DNA of 63,749 nucleotides, counting the filler, from Octopus bimaculoides (taxonomy: Eukaryota): assembly GCF_001194135.2 (NCBI RefSeq). It is 3 parts of 3 records of this genome, joined end to end, with 100 filler letters (N's around TTAATTAATTAA, not from the genome) between each part and the next. Parts side by side here need not be neighbours in the genome. Positions count along the whole stretch, not along the records: positions 1 to 26,330 come from NC_068997.1; 2 more parts are not named here. One strand, given 5' to 3'. Below the pieces are notes generated by a model that was not told the DNA's origin, ran no database searches, and was given only the letters and a program-made list of their open reading frames with translations. Below, piece by piece: positions 11,243 to 24,248 of the stretch. How positions within the stretch are numbered: position 1 is the first letter of the stretch; the number at the start of each line of letters is the position of its first letter. The translations under genes were made by a program, and so were the position numbers.

Positions 11243-12500
11243 ATTCACCTAGGAGTGGGTACTAAGCTAGGTTGTGAGGATGATGCTCGTGCCACCATAG
11301 TTTTCACCAACTTTCCCTCTGAGTCCCCAAAGGTCATCCTCAAACTTGACCTTAAGAATGCTTTTAATTCGATCAGTCGAGACGTCATCCTCCCCGCAAT
11401 AGGGGAGAATTCCCCATCACGTTATCACATCGCTTGGCAAACCTATCGGATACCCTCCTACCTCTCATTTGGTGACCACCTCATCTCATTTGTCTCTAGA
11501 GTCTAAGAGGGTGATCCATTTGGTCCTGCCCTATTCGCATTGGGTATTAATGATGTTACCAAGTTGGGAGCCGACTTAGACCTAAATGTCTGGGACCTCG
11601 ATGATGTTTGTTTGGGAGGCTCTCCTGACAAGGTGCTTGTAACTGCGAGGGTGATGATCGAGGAACTTGATTTTAGATGTCTTAGTGTTAACAGCTCTTA
11701 ATGCGAGCTCTGGCCCCTCAGCCACCCAGCTTCACATGAGCATTCCTCCTTCATCAGTGGTGCTCCCTTGGAACCCCAATTACTGACCTAGCTTTCGAAT
11801 CTATCTTTAGATCTAAAATAGCTAACATCGAACAACTTTTAAAAAACCTTCAAGGTGTCGCCTACTTTCAGCTAGTGCAAAATTGAAGCCCTGTATGTCG
11901 CCAACATTGGAAGTCTACTCAGTCTACTCCGCATCTCCATCGCGCTCAGAATTAGATCTGATGTCTGTAGGGGACTGAGACGCCGCTGTAGTAGGCCCCT
12001 TGACCCTACAGGTCTTCACAATCTCTCTCGCCGCCTAAATGCTGGTCGCTTCGCTCGTCACACCGAGCTAAACCTAATCATTAAGCGGAGCCTGGCTCGG
12101 ATTAATATCCCCTCAAATCTGGAGCCGTCGGGGTTATCCAGAAGTGATGGAAAGAGACCAGATGGTCTTACCCTCTGTCCCTGGGTTAGAGGTAGGTGCC
12201 TCATTTGGGACGTCACAATCTACGACTCCTTTGTTCCCTCCCACACCCTGGATGCTNNNNNNNNNNNNNNNNNNNNNNNNNNNNNNNNNNNNNNNNNNNN
12301 NNNNNNNNNNNNNNNNNNNNNNNNNNNNNNNNNNNNNNNNNNNNNNNNNNNNNNNNNNNNNNNNNNNNNNNNNNNNNNNNNNNNNNNNNNNNNNNNNCAA
12401 CACCTTAGCCTCGCCATCGCCTGTGGTTATGCTGCGAGCGTATTGGCTTGCTTCAGTAGGTTCCGTTAAACCTTGTAGTGTGCGACCAGTTGCTGTAATA
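11243..12500 (+). mobile_element. CRE-clade non-LTR retrotransposon fragment (RT, internal deletion, RLE)
   Basis: LGVGTKLGCE..LKLDLKNAFNSISRD..EGDPFGPALF..WDLDDVCLGG (RT), then RHTELNLIIKRSL..EPSGLSRSDGKRPDGLTLCPW..LIWDVT (RLE) and, after the N gap, QHLSLAIACGYAASVL (terminal motif). Confidence 0.85.
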
Positions 12501-13364
12501 ATGAAAAAATTCCCCACAAAGGTTTTCACTACAGTTTTAACAGAAAGATTTGGAAGAATTAGATGAAAGTTCTCCGGTAATTTTCTTTCATGAAAATGTT
12601 TTGTATTAATTTTAAAAGTTGGTTAGATAGTTAAAAGGTTGATAGTCATGTTTTTTAATCACATCTTTATGAAACTATGAAACTGTAGCAGTGTATACTT
12701 TTGTACATACTTTATTTTAAAACGAATTACAAAAAAATTAATACAACATTTTTTTTTATGGTGTTTTTGCATTTTATCATACAAAAGGTTACTTTTTGAC
12801 TCAGTAGTAATTTTCTCTTTATAAAACTGAATGAAAACAAAAAACTAGATTTCATAATAAGTAAAAATATGCATAAGATATTTCAAAAATGAAAATGTAT
12901 CAACATGTTGAATCTGCTCAAAGAATATATCAGCTTAACAGCTTTTGGAATTTGTATCTCCTCAGAGTTTTGTTGAAATTATGCATAATAAATTAATTCC
13001 TTTGGATCGATTCAGATATTGTGTGTTAATGTATATCTTGAAAATATTGAATATGCAGTGATAGAATGTGAGGGTTGAAGTTTACATTACTCCAAAGTCA
13101 AAATTATTTAAGTGATGTCAGTTGAATCGAAACCGGTATATTACACCAGAAGTTTGAAAAATATTGTTATCCTAGAGGATTAAAGCTCAATGATTAAGAA
13201 AGATTTATAAGGTTACTCCTGGTACCATTTAGATTGTTATGTTTTTACAAAGTGTGACTTCTTACTTATTGGTTTTATTCGGATAAATGTTATTCGGTTC
13301 GAACGAAAACTCAGTATAATTCTCAGTATAATTAAAAGCAATTTTAAACTTTAAACATTGTAAA

Positions 13365-13366
<2 letters not shown>

Positions 13367-13441
<75 letters not shown>

Positions 13442-13442
13442 C
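13367..13442. repeat. (ATT)n microsatellite
   Basis: Seen directly. Explains the poly-Ile ORF 13262-13456. Confidence 0.95.
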
Positions 13443-15338
13443 ATTTTCCTATGCAATTATTATTTTCCTATACAAATGACGTTTCCCTTTGTTTATATGT
13501 CAAAAAATTATTGTTGGTAGTTTGCTTCTTTAGTTATTTGTTTTTGTTGTTTTCCGTGTTTCATTTTGTTGCGAAATCAACCTCGACATCAAGGTACGGG
13601 CCATACATTATTTCTGAGCCGTTTAAGGCTATTCTCTGAAAATAGAAAGAACAAATTTATCTGAAATATTTTAAAGATATTCTAATGGATGACACATTGG
13701 TAGTCCACTAACAAAAGAAGGTAGAACGATGAATTACAGGTCGCAAGAAATTGTAGATATCCGCTGAATATCTACAACTCTTGACACCTCTTCTGACCAA
13801 CATTGCCGAAGCCAGAAAAGGTAATTTAAATACACATAAGCTGGTTTGCAAAGAAAGTCAACTGTTCAACGATTATAAGTCACCTGACAAATGTAATAGC
13901 TATCAACGAGCCAGAATTTCCGGGATGCATAAACTCGCACCTATCATGGACAGCTATGAGATGCAGGGAAATTGTGTATGGGGCGGATTAGGTGGTGGGG
14001 TGACAAATCGTTTTGGAAAACATCAGATTTCGAAGTGCAGACAGACTTTCTCGATCTAAATGTTAAATCGGAGGTGCAGGAAGGACATGAACGGTAGCAA
14101 AGGTGATATTCACAAACTCAGTATTTATTCTTGACACAGACTTCTTGGAGCACCTTTAAAATATTCGTGACTAAACCGGGCCCTCCCCAACTACACACTT
14201 TAGTGCTATCGGAGATTTAATCGCGTTTAAACTCACGCTAGGAACGTATGTAGCTAGCTAATAAGCAAGTGGGATGTAAAAGTCTCACGAAACAACTCAG
14301 TTTTATTAGTCTAACAGGTAATGACTAGATTCCCCTAATATACCAGTGTATATTTAAAATCATTGCATCGAGCCATCCAGGTTGGCGATTGAGATGATAT
14401 ACAATGTCTATAATTTCAAATGATCGGCTTCAAAGAATTTGTGATTTGCACGGTCGATCTAGGTAGGACGTATTGTCAAAGATCTAATCTTTAGACGCTG
14501 AACTTGTTCCTAGAGTTCAGTGTTTGCAGCAGTCAGATGAGTGAATTAGCGGTAGTTGATTGACGATTATCAACAACTGAAGAAGTTAATTGAGTGGAAT
14601 CAATAAAATTTGGCGAAAAAGTAGTGATGAGCAAAACCAGATTAACGGGAGAACTAATAAGTAAGCTATTAAAAAGGTATCAAAACTTAGTGAAGGCTAT
14701 CCTTCAAGTTGACGGTATCAGTCGTCAACCACCGGTGACAGAGTATCCAGAAGAAAGTGATTATATTAAAATCGATAGGGTTTAATCAAAACGATAGCAA
14801 CAGAGAAAATAGGCTTTAAAGGTAACATGTTATCAGTCTAGAAGAGGCGATTAGAAAAGACACCGAGAATTGCCCTTAACAATTTTTTGGACGGAACTCA
14901 TGAAGGCAGCTAGGGCGTATGCACAAAAATACGACGAAGAAAAAGACTTCCGATGGGCCCTAGTGGCATATGCTCGACATGGCATAAAACGACAGTTCTC
15001 TCTGTGAAGAACGAGAGTGAGTAGATATGTGCAGCACTTCGCTCGAATCTTCTGAGCGGGTGATAAGTTGGAGGATCCAGTGGACTGTGCTATTTTATTT
15101 GTCGGAGTATGTATTGCATAGGTTATATCATTACTCGATAATTGTGTAATTGATGTTGTTTTCTTATTGTTTTCATTGTTGTGAATGATAATATTATGAG
15201 CATTTTCGTTATTGCTATTGTCCTGGTGGCTGTTATTTTGTTGAACCATTTTGGCAGCTCCTTGTAACTAACGAGTGACTAGCTGCGAATTGTATATAAA
15301 GATATATGAACATAGGATTTTAACTTACCAAGGTAACA

Positions 15339-15457
15339 TTAATAAATCCAAGTAATTATATAAAGAAAACACAAAATTAGAATACTAATCGATGAACTCA
15401 ATCTATTTGAGTCTGCTAACAAGCTGTAAGAAGATGGATCAAAGACAATCTGGCCTC
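15339..15457 (-). CDS. Terminal coding exon of a contactin-like Ig/FN3 adhesion gene (GPI-anchor-type signal)
   Basis: Acceptor TTTCCATCTTTTCCAG (AG at 15459-15458). The phase-1 exon translates (G)GQIVFDPSSYSLLADSNRLSSSISILILCFLYIITWIY-stop: small residues, a spacer, then a hydrophobic tail with no cytoplasmic domain. Confidence 0.8.
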
Positions 15458-17233
15458 CTGGAAAAGATGGAAATAACTATGTTTGAAAAATGCATTTACA
15501 GGGAAATTGTTAGAACAAATATATAAATAGTTTTGTTTTGTATCAATATGTTTAAAGCATTTTGCTAAAAAATTGTATTGGACAGACGTGAAAACTTACA
15601 AAACTTAAAAATTTGATAATACACAATAAAAAGTATCATTTTTCAAAGGAAAAAGCTAAGTAATGATATTTAATTGGATAATAAACAGTCTTCGGCTGCG
15701 ATACCACAGTTTTCTGTCACATAAAATTGTCGAATACCGTAAAGTAAAATAGAAATGAAATCATTTAATATCTGTGCTATAATATATTACTATACGTAGT
15801 TTAGGGAGCATCTTATCCATTTACGATGCAAGGCACACTTATGATGATGTGATATACCTCAGAAAAAAAATTGTCGCCATGATGTAACATACATGCGAAT
15901 ATGGCACTCATCATGGTATGTCAGACACTTTGATGTTGCATAAAACATGGCACATGCTATAGTGTAACAAACAGTATGATGTAGTGCATACAGAAGTATG
16001 ACAATTATAGAAAACACTATAATATTAAAGGAATCAAAACGTTACACATACTGTGACTTCGAGTGCATAGCTATAGGGAAGAAATTCATATGTGGCAGAC
16101 AATGTAATGTAGTAGGTACCACAATGTGATACATAAAATTATGCGATAGATCACCCTACGGTATACATAATGTTACGGTCCCCGATTTTCCCATCTCTAA
16201 CGGTACTGATTTTTCTTTCATGAAACTATGATTACAATAAATAGGAATCTAAGTCATTTAATTAATGATCCATTTGCGTGTACACACTCACACACACACA
16301 TACACACACATGCACACGCGCGTGCATATAACCCTATGCATGCACGCATACATATAAATAAAACCAAGACTGGAGTACAGTTGTCATATTTTGGACAGTG
16401 CTGATTGTTTTAAGCAAACAAACATCGTTCACAACATCAAATATGGCTATCTGTTGATAGATCAGCTTTACTGATGCAAGAGTAGTAATAGCAGTNNNNN
16501 NNNNNATTGTTTTAAGCAAACAAACATCGTTCACAACATCAAATATGGCTATCTGTTGATAGATCAGCTTTACTGATGCAAGAGTAGTAATAGCAGTGAA
16601 CATATCATACACAACATTTCCAATCACACCATCAAAGTAAACTCAACTTGTTCAAATTACTAACATACAACCAAGCTATTCATTTCTACATCTACAAATG
16701 ATACATTAAAATATATTTCTCTGAACTATGTACCAGTATAACCTTTTGCCCCCAGACACACCCATGGTTTTTTACTCATAACCTTTATTGTTTTAACTTC
16801 CCATATCCTGCATTAAATATATCACCCAAGTCTTTCTTCTCAAAACTGTACTCCACAGTAATTCGCCATTCCATCAACGTTGTTTTCTGCATGGCATCGT
16901 TCCACAGATGCTTAAACTGTACATCAGTCCTTTCCCGATTAATATGAGAAGGCCTGGAAAAGTTATTGCTTATACCTCTTTTGATAACTTATAAAAATAT
17001 ACAAACATATAGCTTAAACGTATTTCTGTAAAAAAATTTCATCACAAAAGTAATTTCGTCTTCAAAAGCGAAATTAACTGAATGAGTTGTAACATCAATT
17101 ACAGATTTACTATACATAAAGTTGGTTCTCTAAATGTTTGATTTTTAATATAAAAGTACAAATAAGCATTTCGAAATATTTATTAGAAAGTCTAATTATT
17201 TGTATGCTGTTTCTAATAAGTTATGTTACTCAC

Positions 17234-17408
17234 CAAGTGTGAAGTATATAGCTTCACTCTTTTTACCATCGCCATCAGCACTCCAAGCTAAAACTCTCAG
17301 CTTATATAAAACGTCTTTCTCCAGATTGTCAAGAACGCCACTTTCAACGAAGCCAATATCTTTGCAGTTTTCCAAGTTCCAGACTTCTCTTACAGATTGG
17401 TAACATAG
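17234..17408 (-). CDS. Internal exon encoding the C-terminal half of the last fibronectin type III domain of a contactin-like protein
   Basis: Acceptor TATTTTAG (AG at 17410-17409), donor GTGAGT at 17233. 175 nt, LCYQSVREVWNLENCKDIGFVESGVLDNLEKDVLYKLRVLAWSADGDGKKSEAIYFTL+G. The L..L....Y.LRV.A....GDG..S pattern is typical of FN3. Splices in frame to 15457. Confidence 0.85.
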
Positions 17409-18242
17409 CTAAAATATGAATACATTTCACTTGAACGTTATATTAGCAATATTATTTTATGAAATTGCATATTAACTGTAAAAAACACTTTCTTATGTAA
17501 AAAAGAGAAAATCCAAGGAATAGTTTCGGAAGTCATTAAATAAATTTTGCATAAGATACTAAGAAAACTGGCAGTATAAACCATCATCGTTATTATCTAC
17601 TTTATTGAGCTACAAAGTACCGTCATTGATAGTTCGACCCTAGAGATCATTTACATGATGTTAGTTTCAATACATTAATGCCAATATGTATTATTTCATA
17701 TTTTGGACTGCCCAGTTATGCCAAAATATAGTTCGGATGATTTCTTCTCTAATTCAAATTTCCCCAGTATATATAAATGTTTCAGTGTTCCTAGTATTGG
17801 TATGTCATAATGTGAAGGAAAGTTCAGGACATTCAGCTCTGAATACAGGAATATTTTCTCCCCAAACCACTTACTTCATGTATCTTAGAGAAATGATTAT
17901 TGTTTGGCTCTAAAACATTCCTTGCAAAAAAGGCGGGGAGTACTTTCAACTCTTAATAAATCGTCAGCTTAATTTTATTTAATTCAAGCATATTTTTAGT
18001 GGTATGTCTAACAGGCTGCTTGGTTCAATACTACCATTCAGTTTAGGTGTCTTTCACAGAGATATTGCTAAAGAGTATGTTGTTAACGCGATATTTTTAC
18101 ATCGAAATGAAAACTTCGGGAATGCTTGGATAAATTATTCATCAGTTTAGTTATATATTATGTGATTAATCATGTTATATGATATCTAGTGCATACAAAG
18201 AAACACACACACATACATACATACATACATACATACATACAT

Positions 18243-19640
18243 CTTACAATGACACCTGTAACAAAACACCTGTCACTAAAGAATATTACAGCCGTATAAA
18301 GAAAATTTGGACCTCAGAACCCTCTGTATTCAATAAAACAGTGGCCCACAATGTGTTTGCAGTGCTAGTACTCATACCAACATTTGGCTGCTTGACTGGA
18401 CGATTGATGAGATCCGAGCTATCGATGTGTAAACCCCAAAAATACTAACAAGCACACATAATTTCCACATAAACCTAAAACGAAAACAAAGCAGCAGAGG
18501 CATAACATCGACCCAAAATGCCTTTGAATGTTTTATCTCTGGCAACGTCTTTTAACAACCAAGTGTCGAAGTGCATCCTTTGACCAAGTTTGCATACATG
18601 ACGCTGATAATATCATAAGACTTTGAAGGCAGCTCCTTGAGCAACACTCTTTGTCTGATAACCTAGAACACATGCCCAAAGAAGTTTCACGAATCTACCG
18701 CAACGTATCATCAGATGAAAGGCTGAGCCTATATGAGCAGAAGACAATACATGGATATGTTAGTAGAAAGCTCCGTGATGATAGCAACATCGATCATCAA
18801 AGCAGTTTAGCATGGACCAATTGCCGCATTACTACTTGCCACCTTGAAGGGGGTGCGTTTACAATCCAGGAACAGGAAATATCAACCAAGTACCTAATGC
18901 ACAAAAGAGATAGAGATGCAAACCAAGCCGTAAAATGTGACAACCGATGCAGACTTTGTGAATTTCACACTGAAGATATCACTCACATCATAAGCAGCTG
19001 TCCGAAAATGTCATTACGGTATTATCTACCGATGACACATGACGTTGTAGAACCTACAATATGGTAGAAGCCATAGCCACTCATAATAAAAAGGAGTACT
19101 GGTGGAATGTACCAGTGAAGACCTTAATAAAATATAAGCACAGCAAACCTAAAATAATTATTTGAGATAGAAACGAGAAACTGTGCACAGTTGTGGAAAT
19201 TAGCTTCCCAGCGGATGTTAACATAAAGCTGAAGATCAGTGAAAATGAGAACACCTATACTGAACTATTGAGATCTGAAGTTACTTTATCCAGAGTATAA
19301 GTTAAGAGTTATACCTGTAATTATGGAGCTAAAATATGTAACACTACCTTGAGAAATTAGGCTTCTCAAAACCAGAAAGGAGAAATCTATTTCGAAAACT
19401 ACAGATCCACTCCATCAATGGAACTGTAAAAATCTGTAAAACATTCCAGAAGTTTATCATTTAAATATATATGAGCATGTCTAGATATGCAACTATATGC
19501 ATGAGAATATACACATAAAACATACAAATCTGCACATACATACATACATGCATACATACATACATACATACATACATACATACAAGCAAAAATACCCTGA
19601 TGTTGATGTTGAAATTCCAATGAAGGAGCCTTGGATCTAG
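18243..19640 (+). mobile_element. R4/Dong-like RLE-type retrotransposon 3' portion, copy 2
   Basis: EYYSRIKKIWTSE..FNKTVAHNVFAV; KTIHGYVSRKL; CRLCEFHTEDITHIISSCPKM; decayed PD-(D/E)xK region (KP.III.DRNEKLCTVVEIS); C-terminal LQIHSINGTVKICKTFQKF; 3'UTR runs into the gap. Confidence 0.85.
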
Positions 19641-20859
19641 GNNNNNNNNNNNNNNNNNNNNNNNNNNNNNNNNNNNNNNNNNNNNNNNNNNNNNNNNNNN
19701 NNNNNNNNNNNNNNNNNNNNNNNNNNNNNNNNNNNNNNNNNNNNNNNNNNNNNNNNNNNNNNNNNNNNNNNNNNNNNNNNNNNNNNNNNNNNNNNNNNNN
19801 NNNNNNNNNNNNNNNNNNNNNNNNNNNNNNNNNNNNNNNNNNNNNNNNNNNNNNNNNNNNNNNNNNNNNNNNNNNNNNNNNNNNNNNNNNNNNNNNNNNN
19901 NNNNNNNNNNNNNNNNNNNNNNNNNNNNNNNNNNNNNNNNNNNNNNNNNNNNNNNNNNNNNNNNNNNNNNNNNNNNNNNNNNNNNNNNNNNNNNNNNNNN
20001 NNNNNNNNNNNNNNNNNNNNNNNNNNNNNNNNNNNNNNNNNNNNNNNNNNNNNNNNNNNNNNNNNNNNNNNNNNNNNNNNNNNNNNNNNNNNNNNNNNNN
20101 NNNNNNNNNNNNNNNNNNNNNNNNNNNNNNNNNNNNNNNNNNNNNNNNNNNNNNNNNNNNNNNNNNNNNNNNNNNNNNNNNNNNNNNNNNNNNNNNNNNN
20201 NNNNNNNNNNNNNNNNNNNNNNNNNNNNNNNNNNNNNNNNNNNNNNNNNNNNNNNNNNNNNNNNNNNNNNNNNNNNNNNNNNNNNNNNNNNNNNNNNNNA
20301 GGTGTGTGTGTATGTCTGTGTGTACAGGCCTTTTTCTTAAGAATCTATATTTTTCATCTGATTTAGTTCACGCTGGGAACGTACATCATTTATGTTCCAG
20401 AGATGGTCATAAACTCTTCAAATTTTCCACATAATGAGTAATGCCCCGCCTTTGGGACGAAAACACTTTCACATAGGTAAATAACAAATACCAATGATCG
20501 TTGCTTCAAGGGACATTACTGTTGATGACGTAGTTATGCTACTTTCACTTCCTCTTCTTCTACATTTTTTACAATGCCTAATCCCTGCAAACCGTCGATA
20601 TTTGCAAATTAGCACTTCCTTGAGGTAGCCATGCAATTTAAATCAACTTTTAATTATTTTTTAAATGCCCTCAGAAATTAATCCATATTATATATATTCT
20701 CTGCTTTTACTCATACAAAGTTGTGACAGTTATACAGTTTTTACAATGCCAATTCACTACAGGTTGCCGATATTTGCACATTAGCACAGAGCTGTTCTTG
20801 CACCTACAAATGCAGCTGTCACCGCTATTAACTACGACTTACTCAGTAAGCTACCTTCT

Positions 20860-21045
20860 CAACAACGTTGTTACAGATCAGTTGACGCCGGTACCGATCT
20901 CGATCAGGTTACACACTTTCCAACAGAATTTTCCTAACTCCCAACATCCTCCAAGAATCTCTCCCCATGAACTTCACTTAAAAGCCGGCTGCCTTGTCGT
21001 CCTCCTACACAATCTAAACACACCCATACCATGTAACTATGGGGG
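20860..21045 (+). mobile_element. Helitron RepHel PIF1-like helicase fragment
   Basis: HFPTEF.NS..PPRISPHELHLKAGCLVVLLHNLN..CN resembles the conserved PTEFLNSL..G.PPH.L.LK.G..I.LLRNL..CNGT block. Confidence 0.7.
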
Positions 21046-21278
21046 CTATGAAAAAATACAAACCACATTCCAATCTATGCACCCGTCTCCACATGTGTGC
21101 CATTTTCCCCGTGAATCCACCCAGCCGTTTGGCTGTGAACCTCAAGACAAGAAAACTACACACAAATACGCACACACACACGCACACACACACACACACA
21201 CACAGAGAACACACACACACGCATACACTCACACACACAACACACACACACACACACATACACACATACATATATATA

Positions 21279-22156
21279 CAAGGGGTGCCCAACAGTAACC
21301 GAAAACGTTCTCTGTGCGTCAAACCCATTGTAGTTCGGGCTTTACTGCTAGAAGCCACTTGATGCGACCCTCTGGCGTTGTCGAGTGATGTCGTACTCCC
21401 ACGTGATGCGTCTTTGTTTTGCAGTGCTTCTTCCCTGTTCGTCGACTTTTGCGATGGCTGAAGCGAAAGAGCAGCGTGCTTCCGTAAAACTCTGTCTGCT
21501 GCTGGGGAAAACGGTGACTGAAACAGTAGTCATGCTTCAAACAGACGCTGTCATGAGCAATACACAAGTTTACGAGTGGTTTCCACGTTTTAGGAATGGT
21601 CACTCGTCACTTGAAGACCAAGATCTTTCAGGGATGACTGTCGACCTCCCGAACGAATGAAAACTTTATGAAAATTCATGAGCTGATCTTGGAGGACCGT
21701 CACCGAAAAATTGACGAACTTGTTGATATGATTGGTGTGTCCTGTAGCTCCTGCCAACGAATTTTGAGCGAGGAATGTTGAATGAAAAGAGATGCAGCAA
21801 AATTTGTGCCTCGCTTGCTCTCGGAAGATCAAACGCAGTATCGACTGAAGGCGTGTCATGAACTAGACGAAAGGTTGGATGTTGATCTAGACGTTTTTTC
21901 GAAGGTCATCATGGGCTACCGAATTTACAGATGTGGAAGAGGTGAAGAAAAAACAATGGAGGCTTTAATAGGCATCACACCGCAAGAGTTCCAGCACTGC
22001 TTGTAATGGTGGAAAACGCACTAGACCGACGTGTTGCTTCAAATGGAGAATACTTTGAAGGCAATAAAAGTGTAAACATGTAAAACTAAGTGAATAAAAT
22101 AATATTGAAAATTTATGGTTTTAACCCTAACCCTAACTCTAACCCTAATCCCTTCG
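21279..22156 (+). mobile_element. Internally deleted mariner element
   Basis: TA-flanked ends CAAGGGGTG.. and ..CCCTTCG. Transposase N-terminus MAEAKEQRASVKLC..VYEWFPRFRNG..KRDAAKFVPRLL joined to a decayed C-terminus (FQHCL..NGEYFEG). The catalytic core is missing. Confidence 0.85.
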
Positions 22157-22219
22157 TACATACGTGTATATCATATATTATATGTGTAGTGCATTTATGT
22201 ATGCGCGTGTGTGAATGGG

Positions 22220-22432
22220 AAGGTACGTCGCCCAGTAGTTAGGGTGCTGTAATCACGATCGCAAGATCGCAGTGCGATGTATTCTGAACAAAATACTTCA
22301 TGTCACTTTGATCCTGTCCATGGCTGACCCTCTGACGGATTGGCGTTTCGTTTACGTTCAGAAGGTAAGTTGGCCTGCCCGGATAGCCGGCAGTATGTAA
22401 GAACATTCGATGGTCTGATCGATACAGTGACA
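22220..22432 (+). mobile_element. tRNA-derived SINE, decayed
   Basis: A-box-like TAGTTAGG head and a body resembling the copies at 42848-43150. Confidence 0.55.
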
Positions 22433-22483
22433 TACATACATACATACATAAACAGGCATACAGACATATATATATATATATGC

Positions 22484-22525
<42 letters not shown>

Positions 22526-23079
22526 GAAAGAACATTATTATTCATAAAAATAATAATATTAGTGACTGCAAACGTAAAAGCCATATAAGCAAAATTAATA
22601 AATATATATAAAATATAAAATATACTTTTATATAAGAAGGTACTAATAAGCACCTGCTTTGCTAAAAAAAAGAAAAACTTAGAAGCCACAGAAGAATCGC
22701 TAAATCAATACAGGCACGGTAGGAAAATTAAGTAAATAAGAATTGTATCTTGCCTCCGTAAAGGCTGCAGAAGGAATGGCAGTTAATCTGATATCATGAT
22801 TTCGAATTTAGCACCAAAAGCACTCGATTCTCTTCAGTCAGATCTACTAGTAACAATCACTGAGATTCACTACTACCATGCCTGTGTTCGTTTGAGAACC
22901 CAAGCACCATTGAAACAAACGAACTACGTGAATTATTTATAAATATATACATATATATAAGAACATTATTACAAGAACATTATTATTCATTTTATATTAC
23001 TATATTGGGACAAGCTCATGCTTTGTAAAACAAAGAATAACAAATCATGGAAGTTCGTTTAGAAATATTAGAAAATTTT

Positions 23080-23310
23080 CAACAAGTCTTAGCAAGCGTA
23101 TATGGTCGCTCAGGGATGAGAATATTAAATAGTCATTAAAATGGGAAATTGTTAGTGCTGCGAAACCATATAAAATAGGGGACGAAAGATGAAATTTATG
23201 CCTGGAGGAATTATACCAAATATTTACTTCGAAAATTAAAGTAGTTAACACTAGACAAGAAAGAAGTTTTAATTGCTTACACAAACGACATTTTCTTTTT
23301 AAAAAATTGA
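23080..23310 (+). mobile_element. Penelope-like element C-terminal fragment
   Basis: SLSKRIWSLRDENIK..LKWEIVSAAKPY....NLCLEE...NTRQE..CLHKRHF matches the post-GIY-YIG W..W..PY..CNLCL.E..N.R.E..C.H tail of PLEs. Confidence 0.75.
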
Positions 23311-23859
23311 ACAATCGAATGCGTTAATTTATATAATTGCAATAAACTCTTTTTTTTAATAACTATAACTATAATAATAAAGTGGCATATAAAGAATATA
23401 AGAACAGAATTTAATAAGATTATATATAATATTATCTAAAAACACTTTAAAGCAATAATAATAATAATAATAAGATAGAAGAATTGAAAATAAAACTGAC
23501 AACCTCTTTTAATAACCACGTGATTCTTACTACCAATGAATTATCCACTACTACTTTTAATAACCTTCACAAAAATTCAAATAATATAATCAACTCTGAA
23601 CTCCATAAAAAGGCCATGTGACTATAAACTATGTAGAATCAATAAAAAAGAAACAGTATTCTATAAATAACCACTCTCTAGCTAGTCAAGAAAATCTGCC
23701 AACTTCAACAAACATTGCCGGTGCCGCTGCTGAAGTTTACCCAAACAATTAGTTGAGAAAAGCAGCTTACCGAAGAAAGTCATGCTTTACTACCACTACC
23801 AAGACTAATTCAAACTAATAGTGGAGGAAAATTCCTCTCTCGAACAATGTCATACTTAT

Positions 23860-23952
23860 ATACTCTGAAGAGATCGTACTAATAATGCATAAATCGCTGC
23901 ATATAAATATGCAATAATATGTAGTTAATGCGATCGAAACACGCGTCGGACA
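23860..23952 (+). ncRNA. Type I hammerhead ribozyme-like motif with intact core and long stem II
   Basis: CTGAAGA (23865-71), GATCG...CGATC stem II with about 55 nt of partly self-complementary insert, GAAAC (23936-40), ACGC, GTC (23945-47). Stem I is weak (2 bp). Lies downstream of the PLE fragment on the same strand. Confidence 0.65.
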
Positions 23953-24202
23953 ATTATAATGAATAAACTAACTGGATATACACATAAAATTTGAATGTTC
24001 AAATTCTTCATTCTCCTTATCAATATTGTACTTTACACTCAAAGCCAAGAAATAAACTGTAACACCGGATGGGAACTAAAGAAAGTTTACCAAAAAAAAA
24101 AAAACAAACGCACCATCTGAAGGAACCAGCATTTTAGTAAAAGAAATTTGGTGTCTGCTTGGATATTATATCCCTCCTCTTGCTACACACAAACGCACAC
24201 GC

Positions 24203-24248
<46 letters not shown>

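Noticed and set aside
14500-15250. Coding-like stretch (ORFs 14594-14785 + and 14851-15249 -)
   Set aside because: Multiple stops and no motif I could assign. Probably a very old TE remnant in or beyond the 3'UTR.
15830-16170. Recurrent ATGATGT/CATAC words suggesting a satellite
   Set aside because: No consistent period by eye; low-complexity intron sequence.
16405-16597. ~90-bp exact tandem duplication and the ORF 16334-16627 spanning it
   Set aside because: The identical copies flank an 11-N gap, which is typical of an unmerged contig overlap. No convincing in-phase acceptor, and the flanking exons already join in frame.
16800-16965. Strong minus-strand acceptor (CTTTTCCAG) with open frames
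   Set aside because: The phase-1 reading gives a short peptide unlike a GPI signal, and the exon at 15457 fits much better. An alternative terminal exon cannot be excluded without RNA data.
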